From a virus: 64,000 nt of DNA. Position 1 is the first letter of the stretch. Each line of letters opens with the position of its first letter. Below are positions 9,467 to 18,889 of the stretch, piece after piece. Made by a program: the position numbers and the translations under genes. The notes beneath the pieces are model-generated. The model saw nothing but the letters and a program-made list of their open reading frames with translations. It was not told where the DNA came from and searched no databases. The stretch covers positions 5,543 through 69,542 of IMG/VR virus record IMGVR_UViG_3300030328_004798; one strand, 5' to 3'.

Positions 9467-10588
9467 ATGCTTAAAAATATTAAAAAAGGAATGTTCCCAT
9501 TCCTAATAGCTTTTTCAGCCCTTTCAGTATCAGGTTCAGCAGCTTTTTATTCTGTATTTGGTCTGAGTAAATTATTTGCGGGAGCAAGTACAGAAGTAAT
9601 AATAATGGCGGGATCATTAGAATTTGCTAAATTAGTTACGGCTTCACTTTTATATCAGTACTGGGGTACAATAAATAAAATTTTAAGAACTTATTTATCT
9701 ATTGCTACTATTATTTTAATAATTATAACTAGTATGGGTATCTATGGTTTTTTATCAGCAGCATATCAAGACACTTTTAATCAATTAACTTATGTAGAAA
9801 ATGAAAAAAGTTTCATTCAACAAAAAGTAAATTTTTATCAACAAGATGTAACAAGATATGAAAATGAACTTAACCAAATTTCAGAAAATATTACTGCTTT
9901 ATCTAATGCAAGATCCGTCACCATTCAAGTCAAAGATACTACTGTGGCTGGAGGTCTTAGAAATACAATTTCAACAGCTGATTTGCGAGCTGCGCAAACT
10001 AGACTTGGAATTGAAGAAACTAAACGGGAAGATGTCAATATAAAACGAGATATTGCGATAGATTCGTTACGTAAATACCAACGTCAAATACTGGAACTAG
10101 ATAATAATGTAGAAGTGGCTGGAGAATTAGGTCCACTTAAGTATTTATCGGGTCTTACCGGTTATCCTATGGATAAAATTATAAATATTTTACTTTTAAT
10201 TATAATTTTTGTGTTTGATCCATTAGCTGTTTCATTAGTAGTAGCTGCTAATTTTGCTTATAATCAAGCTTACCCAAAAATAAGATACAAAAAAAACCTA
10301 TACCAAGAAAAAGTCGAAGATAAACCAAATATTTTCGATTCTTATTCAAAAATAGATGAAGATAGAATGGATATTATAGGTCAAAATGGTAATGATGGGG
10401 AGCATTATGATTCTGATGATTTAAATAAAGATGGAAAAGTAGATGAAAGTGATTTAGAAGTTTATAATAATATGAAAAGTAAATATCCTAAAGGCACAGA
10501 TGAATGGAATAGAGTTAACCAAGAAATTGATAGATTAAAGAAAAGAATTAGTGGAAATAAAGATGATGATTTAACAAAAATATATTAA
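9467..10588 (+). CDS. Multi-TM coiled-coil membrane protein with EF-hand-like C-terminal loop
   Basis: Three N-terminal TMs, long coiled coil, fourth TM (IIFVFDPLAV), DLNKDGKVDESD. Confidence 0.75.
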   Translation: MLKNIKKGMFPFLIAFSALSVSGSAAFYSVFGLSKLFAGASTEVIIMAGSLEFAKLVTASLLYQYWGTINKILRTYLSIATIILIIITSMGIYGFLSAAYQDTFNQLTYVENEKSFIQQKVNFYQQDVTRYENELNQISENITALSNARSVTIQVKDTTVAGGLRNTISTADLRAAQTRLGIEETKREDVNIKRDIAIDSLRKYQRQILELDNNVEVAGELGPLKYLSGLTGYPMDKIINILLLIIIFVFDPLAVSLVVAANFAYNQAYPKIRYKKNLYQEKVEDKPNIFDSYSKIDEDRMDIIGQNGNDGEHYDSDDLNKDGKVDESDLEVYNNMKSKYPKGTDEWNRVNQEIDRLKKRISGNKDDDLTKIY

Positions 10589-10590
10589 AA

Positions 10591-10621
10591 TTTGGAATAG
10601 CAAAAAAAATTTCGTATATTA
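10591..10621 (+). promoter_or_regulatory. TTTGG-N15-TTCGTATATTA promoter upstream of the deazaguanine operon
   Basis: Matches the recurring fixed-spacing motif. Confidence 0.75.
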
Positions 10622-10638
10622 CCCCAAATAAAAGTTAT

Positions 10639-11136
10639 ATGTTCAACCCTCCTTTATCTAGGAATACAGTAAAAAGACGTCTAAAGAATTATCAAAAGCT
10701 AAATTATAATCAATTTAGATGGTGGAGATGGTATGAATCAAAAAACAAACCATTACCCTACAAAGCTAGCTTTCGTGATAAAATTTTAAATGGTGATTTT
10801 GACCAATCTCCCTTTATGTTACAAGCTTATTTATGTGAACATATGATGAATGATATATTAGCTGAATGTGATGAGGATTATCAAAAATTCCTAGAAAAGT
10901 CTAAATTATTAGGAGCTAGAAGAAAAAGATTACTAGAAGATTATGAAAAAGATGAATTTAATAAACTAGATACTATTTATAATTTATTTATAAGAAATTT
11001 TGATATTACAAGAGAACAAGTAGAAAAAGAAGCTTTAGAATGCTGTGGAGAATTAATTGATCTTTATTATATTATAGAAGAAAAATATAGAAAAAAACAT
11101 TATGTCTCTAAAAGGGGACGACCTAGAAAAATATGA
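10639..11136 (+). CDS. Hypothetical protein
   Basis: 165-aa ORF after promoter and AAAAGTTATATG start context. Confidence 0.75.
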   Translation: MFNPPLSRNTVKRRLKNYQKLNYNQFRWWRWYESKNKPLPYKASFRDKILNGDFDQSPFMLQAYLCEHMMNDILAECDEDYQKFLEKSKLLGARRKRLLEDYEKDEFNKLDTIYNLFIRNFDITREQVEKEALECCGELIDLYYIIEEKYRKKHYVSKRGRPRKI

Positions 11137-11945
11137 AAATAAGTCACGAAGTACCAAAAAGTTTACTAAATGAATCTCTTAATTTTAATGATTATGACTA
11201 TTGTTTACCCCATTTATTAGATGAGGATAAAGAATATAGAGAATTTTTTGAATATTCTAAAAAACAAGGACGTTATATTATTATGGATAATTCGCTTCAT
11301 GAATTAGGAGAAGCATACGACCATAAAAGATTATTACATTGGGTTAATAAATTAGAACCAAATGAATTTATTGTGCCTGATGTTTGGATGCAAGGACATA
11401 TGACGGCAGCTCAAGCTAAATATTGGAAACAATTTGAATACCCAGAAAACACAAAAATAACAGCTGTAATACAAGGTAAAGATAAAAATGATGCATATTT
11501 ATGTGCTAATTTATTACATAACTTAGGTTATAATAAATTATGTGTATCATATGGAGCAACATGGTACAATGATTTCTTCCCTCACACTAACCCAGATATG
11601 GGTAAAGCATTAGGTAGAATTAGATTTGTACAAGGATTATTAGCTTTAGACCATTTAAAAAATGTTAAATATCATTTATTAGGATGTTCTATACCTCAAG
11701 AATTTGGTTGGTATGATAATCATCCTCAAATAGAATCAATAGATACTTCTAACCCAATAATGGCTGGAATAGATAGACATACGTATACAGAACAAGGATT
11801 AACAATTAAACCTAAGGCTAATATGAATAATCATTTTAATAAAAAATTAAGTGATAATATAGAAATGAGTATAGCCAAAAATATAGGTAAATTTAGAAAA
11901 ATAAATGGATTTAGACCCTATCCAAAACATACTGGGTCATTTTAA
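11133..11945 (+). CDS. TGT/DpdA-like guanine transglycosylase (putative 7-deazaguanine insertion enzyme)
   Basis: IIMDNS, YHLLG, ESIDTS resemble the TGT/DpdA DSG, HxxG and DSS motifs; immediately upstream of queC. Confidence 0.6.
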   Translation: MKISHEVPKSLLNESLNFNDYDYCLPHLLDEDKEYREFFEYSKKQGRYIIMDNSLHELGEAYDHKRLLHWVNKLEPNEFIVPDVWMQGHMTAAQAKYWKQFEYPENTKITAVIQGKDKNDAYLCANLLHNLGYNKLCVSYGATWYNDFFPHTNPDMGKALGRIRFVQGLLALDHLKNVKYHLLGCSIPQEFGWYDNHPQIESIDTSNPIMAGIDRHTYTEQGLTIKPKANMNNHFNKKLSDNIEMSIAKNIGKFRKINGFRPYPKHTGSF

Positions 11946-11957
11946 TATTTTTTAATT

Positions 11958-12752
11958 ATGAATAAACATGCAATTGTTTCGCTAAGTGGAGGAATGGATA
12001 GTTCTACACTTTTACTTAGAGCGATATCTGAGTATGATACAGTTACTGCAATATCATTTGACTATGGTCAAAAGCATAGAGTTGAACTTGAAAGAGCAAA
12101 ATCATTAATTACTTATCTAAATATGGAAGGTCATAAGGTAACCTATGAGCAAATTAAATTAGATGGTTTAGTGGATTTGTTAAATTCTGCTTTAGTAGAA
12201 GGGGGAGATGATGTCCCAGAAGGACACTATGAACAAGATAATATGAAAGAAACAGTAGTACCTAACAGAAATAAAATGTTTGCGTCTATTACACAGGCGG
12301 TTGCTTTATCTAAAGCAAATGCCACAAAAGAGCAAGTTGATATTTGTTTAGGAATACATGCTGGTGATCATGCAATTTATCCTGATTGTAGACAAGAATT
12401 TAGAGACGCTGATGATGCAGCATTTAGAATTGGAAATTGGGATGCAGATAGAGTAGGTTATTTTACACCTTATCTTGATACTGATAAATTAGGTATTCTT
12501 CAAAATGGAGAATATTTATGTGGGGTATTAAATGTTGAATTTGACGAAGTTTATTCTAGAACTAATACTAGTTATAAGCCTTATTCTAGTGGGAACAGTG
12601 ATTATAAATCTGCTTCATCTGTTGAAAGAATTGAAGCGTTTATTGCTCTGGGTCGTCCGGATCCTGTTCAATATGAAGATGAAACGGGTCCAGTAGATTG
12701 GGAAGTAGCTAGAGATTCAGTAGCTAAAGTATTAGCTGATTATTCAGCTTAA
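11958..12752 (+). CDS. queC: 7-cyano-7-deazaguanine (preQ0) synthase
   Basis: SLSGGMDSSTL, FDYGQKH, VVPNRN, HAIYPDCR. Confidence 0.93.
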   Translation: MNKHAIVSLSGGMDSSTLLLRAISEYDTVTAISFDYGQKHRVELERAKSLITYLNMEGHKVTYEQIKLDGLVDLLNSALVEGGDDVPEGHYEQDNMKETVVPNRNKMFASITQAVALSKANATKEQVDICLGIHAGDHAIYPDCRQEFRDADDAAFRIGNWDADRVGYFTPYLDTDKLGILQNGEYLCGVLNVEFDEVYSRTNTSYKPYSSGNSDYKSASSVERIEAFIALGRPDPVQYEDETGPVDWEVARDSVAKVLADYSA

Positions 12753-12758
12753 TATATT

Positions 12759-12831
12759 TGGCTCGTAGTGTAATTGGCAACACGTCTGGTTTTGGTCCAG
12801 AAGAGTCTAGGTTCGACCCCTAGCGAGCCAA
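12759..12831 (+). tRNA. tRNA-Gln (TTG)
   Basis: Acceptor TGGCTCG/CGAGCCA, D-stem GTGT/ACAC, anticodon arm TCTGG-TTTTGGT-CCAGA, T-arm CTAGG-TTCGACC-CCTAG; no encoded CCA. Confidence 0.92.
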
Positions 12832-12844
12832 CAAATAGTAATGT

Positions 12845-13042
12845 ATGAAAAAATTTTTTGAATTTTTATTAATTTGGATAAGTCAAAACCTAGCTATCCC
12901 TTTTTGGATTGTAGGTCATGTACATCTTTCAATTCATAATTTTCATGATTTAGTAGAAATTTTTTCATCTATTGGTATGAATATAGTTGTAGGAATAGGA
13001 TTTCTTATTGACTACAAAAACAGTTTAAAAATAAAAAAATAA
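12845..13042 (+). CDS. Small membrane protein
   Basis: 65 aa, hydrophobic. Confidence 0.65.
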   Translation: MKKFFEFLLIWISQNLAIPFWIVGHVHLSIHNFHDLVEIFSSIGMNIVVGIGFLIDYKNSLKIKK

Positions 13043-13045
13043 ATT

Positions 13046-13207
13046 ATGTTACAAGATTTACCAGATGCGTATTGGCATCAAAAAATAAGTTTTTTAAAAT
13101 CAGCTATAAGAATAGTTGGATACGGACTTTTACTTTATTCCTTGCCTATTGCAGTAGGAGTTCTTATATTTAGTGAAGCAATTGGTATAATGGAAGAATT
13201 AGTTTAA
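13046..13207 (+). CDS. Small membrane protein (53 aa, not in ORF track)
   Basis: MLQDLPDAYWHQKISFLKSAIRIVG...AIGIMEELV fills the gap tightly. Confidence 0.7.
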   Translation: MLQDLPDAYWHQKISFLKSAIRIVGYGLLLYSLPIAVGVLIFSEAIGIMEELV

Positions 13208-13209
13208 TT

Positions 13210-13458
13210 ATGAATATTATTTTATATTTTACAGCAGCATGGTGTGGTCCTTGTAAAGCACTAGCTCCAAGAATGGAAAAATTAAAAGGACAAATTAACT
13301 ATAGAAAAATTGATATTGATCAAAATCAAGAAATGTCAATGAAATATGGTGTAAGAAGTGTTCCTAGTTTGGTTTTAGTTAATCAAAACGGAGAAGAGAT
13401 AAGACGTATGGTTGGTCTCCAATCAGACGATAAAATTTTAAATTTTTATAATGGGTAA
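13210..13458 (+). CDS. Thioredoxin
   Basis: WCGPC active site; VRSVPSL. Confidence 0.92.
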   Translation: MNIILYFTAAWCGPCKALAPRMEKLKGQINYRKIDIDQNQEMSMKYGVRSVPSLVLVNQNGEEIRRMVGLQSDDKILNFYNG

Positions 13459-13915
13459 ATTTCAATCAAGTAAAGTATTTGACGGATTTAGTACAGTGTT
13501 TCGTCAATGGAAAGCTGAAGGTACACACTGTAGATTTGTACACGGTTATGGAATATCTTTTAAAGTATATTTTGAAGGAGAATTAGATCATAGAAATTGG
13601 GTATGGGATTTTGGAGGAATGAAAAGAGCTAAAACTCTGATAGATGGAAAACAACCTAAAGCATGGATGGACTATATGTTTGATCATACTTTAATTGTAG
13701 CAGAAGATGATCCTGAAGTAAAAGCATTTCAACAAATGGATGCTGTAGGAGTAGCTCAAGTAAGAGTAATGGAAGCTACTGGCGCTGAAAAATTTGCTGA
13801 ATATATTTATAATAAGCTTAATGAATTTGTTAAGACTGAAACTGATAATAGAGTTAGAGTTACAAAAGTAAAATTCATGGAGCATGGTAAAAACGCTGCT
13901 TATTATAGCGAATAA
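13451..13915 (+). CDS. queD: 6-carboxytetrahydropterin synthase
   Basis: HCRFVHGY, WVWDFG, FDHT, GAEKFA; que-cluster context. Confidence 0.88.
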   Translation: MGKFQSSKVFDGFSTVFRQWKAEGTHCRFVHGYGISFKVYFEGELDHRNWVWDFGGMKRAKTLIDGKQPKAWMDYMFDHTLIVAEDDPEVKAFQQMDAVGVAQVRVMEATGAEKFAEYIYNKLNEFVKTETDNRVRVTKVKFMEHGKNAAYYSE

Positions 13916-13959
13916 ATAGGTTATTAGTGAATGAAAAACCACTCTAAAAAATTAACAAT

Positions 13960-14742
13960 ATGCACAAACAATTAAAAAGGATAGAAGACTATCAAAAAAC
14001 ACTGGGTGTATTAGAATTATATACAGCCGTACAATCAGAAGGTAGCAGACAAGGTTACCCAACAATCGTAGTTAGAACATCAGGATGCACACATAGATGC
14101 TACTTTGGAGAAGGTGGATGGTGTGATTCTTGGTATACAAGTATTCACCCAGAAAAAGGTACTTACTGTTTCCAAGATATTATAGACATGTATGATAATA
14201 ATCCCCATATTAAAGAAATGATGTTAACTGGGGGTTCTCCAACTATGCATCCAAAATTAGTTAATGAATTAACACACTTTGCACATGAAAGAGATATATT
14301 CATTACTATCGAAACTGAAGGATCTCATTTTTTACCTACCGATTATCCTATTAATTTACTTAGTATTAGTCCCAAGTTTAGTAATTCTGTTCCTGTTATT
14401 GGTGCCAAAACACCTCAGGGAGCTATTGTAGACGAAAGAATGGTAAAAAAACACAATTCAAAAAGACTAAACATTGAAGCAATATTACAATCAATTGAAT
14501 ATCATGATGATTATCACATAAAACCAGTTTTGGATAATAAATTATCTATGGTTAGTGAAGTAGAAGAATTCTTGAAAAAATGTAATATACCAGATCATAA
14601 AGTTTGGGCTATGCCTGCTGGTGATGATAGAGAATCTTTATTTGAAAGTTATGGTCCTGTTATGAATTTTGTAAGAGATAGAGGTTGGAGATATACAGGA
14701 CGTTCCCATATTATGGCTTTTAATACAGAACGTTGTGTCTAG
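13960..14742 (+). CDS. queE: 7-carboxy-7-deazaguanine synthase (radical SAM)
   Basis: QSEG, RTSGCTHRC...WCDS, LTGGSP, IETEG, ISPK. Confidence 0.9.
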   Translation: MHKQLKRIEDYQKTLGVLELYTAVQSEGSRQGYPTIVVRTSGCTHRCYFGEGGWCDSWYTSIHPEKGTYCFQDIIDMYDNNPHIKEMMLTGGSPTMHPKLVNELTHFAHERDIFITIETEGSHFLPTDYPINLLSISPKFSNSVPVIGAKTPQGAIVDERMVKKHNSKRLNIEAILQSIEYHDDYHIKPVLDNKLSMVSEVEEFLKKCNIPDHKVWAMPAGDDRESLFESYGPVMNFVRDRGWRYTGRSHIMAFNTERCV

Positions 14743-14869
14743 AGAAGAAGCACTAGAGATATTAGAGGAAATTGAAGAAAATGTTGGGGTTTGTTGCGCT
14801 ATTACAATGGAACCAGACGAAGTATTAGTATTAATAGATAAATTAAAAAGTTATTTAGAAAATGAGTAG
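14735..14869 (+). CDS. Small acidic protein (44 aa, GTG start, not in track)
   Basis: VSREEALEILEEIEENVGVCC...; overlaps queE stop and folE start. Confidence 0.5.
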   Translation: MSREEALEILEEIEENVGVCCAITMEPDEVLVLIDKLKSYLENE

Positions 14870-15551
14870 AAAAAAACAACACACGGATTTAGAGGTAGTA
14901 CAAAAAGGATTTGCAAATGGAGTTTCTCCTAACTTTCCATTAAATGATAAACAAAAGGAGAAAATGATTAAAAAAGCTACTAAAGCTTATGCTAGATTTT
15001 TAGAAGCATTAGAATGTGATTGGCAAAATGATCCTAATTCATCAGATACACCTCATAGAGTAGCTAAAGCTTATGTTAATGATTTATGGGCTGGAAGATA
15101 TACACAAATGTCTCCAATTACATCATTTCCATCAGATGGTTATGATGGTATTGTAATTGAACGAAATATTCCATTAACATCAATGTGTTCTCATCATCAC
15201 CAAACAATTGGAGGTGTAGTTCATATTGGATATGTTGTTGGTGATAATGGTAGAGTAATTGGATTATCTAAGTTAAATAGAATAGTAGAATTGTTTGGAA
15301 GGAGAGGAGCAATTCAAGAACAACTTACATCAGCAATTCATAATGCTGTAGATAAAATTTGTGAAAATAATAAAGGTGTTATTGTTTCTATTGTAGGAAC
15401 ACATAATTGTGTAAGTTGTAGAGGGGTTAAACATCAAGGTGCTGCTATGGTTACAACAAAAGCGTCAGGTGTATTTAGAGATAATGATAATTTAGCAAGA
15501 AAGGAATTTTTTGATTCACTAAAAATAAATAACGGAGGACACAATATATAG
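14862..15551 (+). CDS. folE: GTP cyclohydrolase I
   Basis: DTPHRVAK, SMCSHH, GLSKLNR, QEQLT, HNCVSCRG. Confidence 0.95.
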   Translation: MSRKKQHTDLEVVQKGFANGVSPNFPLNDKQKEKMIKKATKAYARFLEALECDWQNDPNSSDTPHRVAKAYVNDLWAGRYTQMSPITSFPSDGYDGIVIERNIPLTSMCSHHHQTIGGVVHIGYVVGDNGRVIGLSKLNRIVELFGRRGAIQEQLTSAIHNAVDKICENNKGVIVSIVGTHNCVSCRGVKHQGAAMVTTKASGVFRDNDNLARKEFFDSLKINNGGHNI

Positions 15552-15553
15552 TT

Positions 15554-16033
15554 ATGTTAAAATTAGAAAATAAAATTTATATAAGCTGGGATGATGTAAA
15601 AAGAGATGTAGAAACACTATGTACAAAAATCTTTATGGATTACCCAAATATAGATTCAGTAATGGGGTTACCAAGAGGAGGTTTAATCCCAGCAGTATTA
15701 GTTTCCCATGAATTAGGATTACCTTGGACGATGCAACCAGGTAGAAATACTTTAGTTATTGATGATATTAATGATACAGGACATACTTTAAATGATGCAC
15801 CTGGAGTTTATCATGCTGTACTTCACCATAAACCAACTTCTAAATTTAAACCAAATTTATATGCTAGAGAAGTAGGAGAAGAATGGTTAGTTTATCCGTG
15901 GGAAAGATCAGATTCAAAAGCTCTACCAGATTATTTAAAACAGGTTGAGCATCTGAGTGATTCTCATTATATTGGTGGTCTAACAATGCCCAAAGGTGCC
16001 AAAACACCTTGGTGGAAAAAAATGAGTAAATAA
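15554..16033 (+). CDS. Type I phosphoribosyltransferase, xanthine/guanine PRTase (Gpt)-like
   Basis: PRGGLIPAV, PRPP-binding loop VIDDINDTGHT, WLVYPWE. Confidence 0.85.
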   Translation: MLKLENKIYISWDDVKRDVETLCTKIFMDYPNIDSVMGLPRGGLIPAVLVSHELGLPWTMQPGRNTLVIDDINDTGHTLNDAPGVYHAVLHHKPTSKFKPNLYAREVGEEWLVYPWERSDSKALPDYLKQVEHLSDSHYIGGLTMPKGAKTPWWKKMSK

Positions 16034-16584
16034 TGGGAAAACAATTAGAATTTGCGTATCAATGGGAAAAATTAAAAGATGTCCCATTTGTAAATGAAGT
16101 AGAACAATTTAATGCCACATTTGGCAAACCAAATAATTATGAACCGACAATACCAGAAAAAAAGGAATGGCAATTCGTATACGACTTTGTACTTGAAGAA
16201 TTGGAAGAATATAGACAGGCTTGCGAAAACGGAGACATCGTGGAAGTTTTGGATGCTTTGTGCGATATTGCTTACGTTTCCCTTGGGAACGGCACTATGT
16301 TACATGGTCTTAAAGATAAGATATGGCCAGCCTATCAAGAAGTACAAGGAAGCAATATGTCGAAGTCTTGCAGCACTGAAGAAGAAGCCATGGAAACTGT
16401 CTCCCTCCGCTCTAAAGAACAAGCTGAGTCATGTCACTATGAGAAAGTGGGGGAGAGATTCGTAGTATATAGAACACGTGATAGAAAAGTAATGAAATCT
16501 ATCAACTATTACAAACCAGATCTGTCTCAATTTTTTACAGATGATGAGTTAGAAAAATTTTACGAAGTTGAAGTGATTGACTAA
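16033..16584 (+). CDS. MazG/HisE-like all-alpha NTP pyrophosphohydrolase
   Basis: EELEEY...VEVLDALCD, EVQGSNMSK, KVMKSINY. Confidence 0.85.
   Translation: MGKQLEFAYQWEKLKDVPFVNEVEQFNATFGKPNNYEPTIPEKKEWQFVYDFVLEELEEYRQACENGDIVEVLDALCDIAYVSLGNGTMLHGLKDKIWPAYQEVQGSNMSKSCSTEEEAMETVSLRSKEQAESCHYEKVGERFVVYRTRDRKVMKSINYYKPDLSQFFTDDELEKFYEVEVID
16112..16465 (+). CDS. Possible overprinted +1-frame membrane protein inside the MazG-like gene
   Basis: 117 stop-free codons; host-frame codons avoid NTA+purine; one TM segment. Confidence 0.4.
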   Translation: MPHLANQIIMNRQYQKKRNGNSYTTLYLKNWKNIDRLAKTETSWKFWMLCAILLTFPLGTALCYMVLKIRYGQPIKKYKEAICRSLAALKKKPWKLSPSALKNKLSHVTMRKWGRDS

Positions 16585-18326
16585 TGTATAAAAAATGTTA
16601 TCAAGGGAAAAAATTAGGAAGTAATATTTTTGAAATGCACCTTTGGGAAGAGGAAGGTGGTCATCAAATTATTCCTTATGAAAATATAGCATATCAAGAA
16701 TGTGAGGAAGAAGAACACTCTAATATTGGATTAAATGGTGAATATTTAAAACCTACTGATAATTGGTTTTTTTCTAAAAATCCTGATTATAAGCACAAAA
16801 ATACTCCTGGTCTTCATTTTCACGATATGAAACTTCATCAAAAGTTTTTAGTTGAAAGATATGGAACCAATGATATACCTTCTACAGGTCATAGAGAAAT
16901 ATTTTTTGATATTGAGTGTGAAATTGGAGGAGCCTTAACAGAAGATTATATAGAAAGTGCTCCTATGCCTATTACTTCAATTGCTTGGTGGGATAAAACA
17001 CCTGATACTTGGCATATTCTAATTTTAGATAAAAAGAATCAATTAAAACATACTAAGGCAAAAAATAAGGAAATTATACCTTGTAGAACAGAAAATGAGT
17101 TATTAGCTAAATTTATCGAAAAAATTAGAGACATAGATCCTGACATTTTAATAGGATACAACTCAGATTATTTTGATATACCTTATTTATACTATAGAAT
17201 GTGTAATACAATAGGTAAAGAATTTGCTGATCATTTATCACCTTTAGGTAAAGTAGAGTCAAAGAAATTTTCTAAATTTTTCTATAAACGAAATCAATAT
17301 GTAGATATTATAGGAGTTGAATCCCTTGATTATATTCGTTTACATAAAAAATACAGTTGGAAAGATGAACCTAGCTGGAAATTAGATGCTATTGGAGAGA
17401 AATATGTTGGAATGAAAAAGGTTGAATACGAGGGTAATTTAGATCAACTATTTGAAACTGATATCCATAAATTTATTCAATATAACTTTGTTGATGTTGA
17501 GATATTAAAAAAATTAGACGAAAAATTACAATATATTGCTTTAACTAAAAATCTATCACATAAAGGCAAACATAATTATAGTGAAGTTTATTCTAATAGT
17601 GTTACCCAAGATGGAGCAATTTCAGCTTACCTATTATCTCAAAATATAATACCCCCACCCAAAGAACCTAATCCCCAAAAGAAAGATGGTTATGCTGGAG
17701 GATATCTTTTTTGCCCTAAAGCAGGATTATACAAGTATATGTTTGATGAAGATTTAACATCATTGTATCCATCTATAATTATGTCAATTAACATAGGTAA
17801 AGAAACATTTATGGGGCGTATTATAGATGCAGATGACCGTAATAATAGATTGGGTCTTAACGATTTAAAAGAACGTGATCCTAAAGAGGAATTATTAATA
17901 GAAAACTCAAAACGAAAACAAACTTATGTAAATGTTGATAGGTTAATTACTATGATTGAACAAAATAATTTAGCTGTAGCAGCTAATGGCTCATTGTTTA
18001 GAACAGATAAAGAATCAGTATTATCAACAATACTTAAAAAATGGTTTGATGAAAGAGTTGTTTATAAAAATGCTATGAAAAAAGCATTTAAATCAGGTGA
18101 TAAAGAAAAAGGTGAATATAATTATTTGATGCAATATACATTTAAAATTTTGCTTAATAGTTTATATGGTGCAACAGCATTACCTTCATTTAGATATGGA
18201 ATGAATTTATCTATATTAAGTGAAGCAATTACTTTATCAGGACATAGAATAATACAAGAATCAGCTTTATGTGCTAATAGACACATGAATAAAGTTATGA
18301 AAGGTAAATTAAAATTAAATTTATAA
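16584..18326 (+). CDS. Family B DNA polymerase, N-terminal subunit (3'-5' exonuclease plus motifs A and B)
   Basis: FFDIE, GYNSDYFDIPY, YNFVDV; DEDLTSLYPSII; KILLNSLYG; no motif C. Confidence 0.92.
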   Translation: MYKKCYQGKKLGSNIFEMHLWEEEGGHQIIPYENIAYQECEEEEHSNIGLNGEYLKPTDNWFFSKNPDYKHKNTPGLHFHDMKLHQKFLVERYGTNDIPSTGHREIFFDIECEIGGALTEDYIESAPMPITSIAWWDKTPDTWHILILDKKNQLKHTKAKNKEIIPCRTENELLAKFIEKIRDIDPDILIGYNSDYFDIPYLYYRMCNTIGKEFADHLSPLGKVESKKFSKFFYKRNQYVDIIGVESLDYIRLHKKYSWKDEPSWKLDAIGEKYVGMKKVEYEGNLDQLFETDIHKFIQYNFVDVEILKKLDEKLQYIALTKNLSHKGKHNYSEVYSNSVTQDGAISAYLLSQNIIPPPKEPNPQKKDGYAGGYLFCPKAGLYKYMFDEDLTSLYPSIIMSINIGKETFMGRIIDADDRNNRLGLNDLKERDPKEELLIENSKRKQTYVNVDRLITMIEQNNLAVAANGSLFRTDKESVLSTILKKWFDERVVYKNAMKKAFKSGDKEKGEYNYLMQYTFKILLNSLYGATALPSFRYGMNLSILSEAITLSGHRIIQESALCANRHMNKVMKGKLKLNL

Positions 18327-18329
18327 AAT

Positions 18330-18623
18330 ATGACAGATCTTTTAATAGGATTAGGTTTATTACCTATATTAATTTTAGTTAATTATGTAGTTTTAACATT
18401 ATGTAAGTTTTTTCCTAAATATATTTTAGCATTAAGTGGTGTAATGATTGGATTAGATACAATTATGACTTTAGGTTATACATTTACAGCTAATATATTT
18501 GTAACTGAAATTAAATTAATGGTTGGTGGAGTTGGTTTAGCTATATTTGCTGCGTTAGCACATAAAGTTTTAACCTTTATAAAAGAATTAGGTGCATTAA
18601 ATAAACATGAAATAGGTAATTAA
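18330..18623 (+). CDS. Three-TM membrane protein between polymerase halves
   Basis: 97 aa hydrophobic; starts 3 nt after the pol-N stop. Confidence 0.7.
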   Translation: MTDLLIGLGLLPILILVNYVVLTLCKFFPKYILALSGVMIGLDTIMTLGYTFTANIFVTEIKLMVGGVGLAIFAALAHKVLTFIKELGALNKHEIGN

Positions 18624-18624
18624 T

Positions 18625-18888
18625 ATGGCTTTAAAAAAACAATCTATAAGAAAAAATATGAATATTTTGGTTAATGGTGTAGAATTATCCAAAGAAGAAT
18701 TAATATTAATAAGTGAAGAATGGAACGAAACACAAGAAGCATTTTTTAAAAAAATGTTAAAACAAGGAGGACATTTTAGACTTAAAGGAATTAAATATGA
18801 AGTTGAATTAATAAAAGATAGTAGGACTAGATCAGATGGGACTAAAGATGGAGGTGTAATTCAAATCCCAGGAGATACGCAATTTTAA
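18625..18888 (+). CDS. Hypothetical protein between polymerase halves
   Basis: 87 aa, 1-nt spacing to both neighbours. Confidence 0.75.
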   Translation: MALKKQSIRKNMNILVNGVELSKEELILISEEWNETQEAFFKKMLKQGGHFRLKGIKYEVELIKDSRTRSDGTKDGGVIQIPGDTQF

Positions 18889-18889
18889 T

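Noticed and set aside
12759-12831. que genes serving queuosine modification of the adjacent tRNA
   Set aside because: tRNA-Gln(UUG) is not a GUN-anticodon Q substrate, and queF/queA/queG are absent from the window.
18327-18889. Intron, intein or ribosomal bypass joining the polymerase halves
   Set aside because: No intein Cys/His-Asn ends, no group I/II core or homing nuclease visible; the gap is fully occupied by two coupled ORFs and polB-C has its own ATG. Not formally excluded without RNA data.
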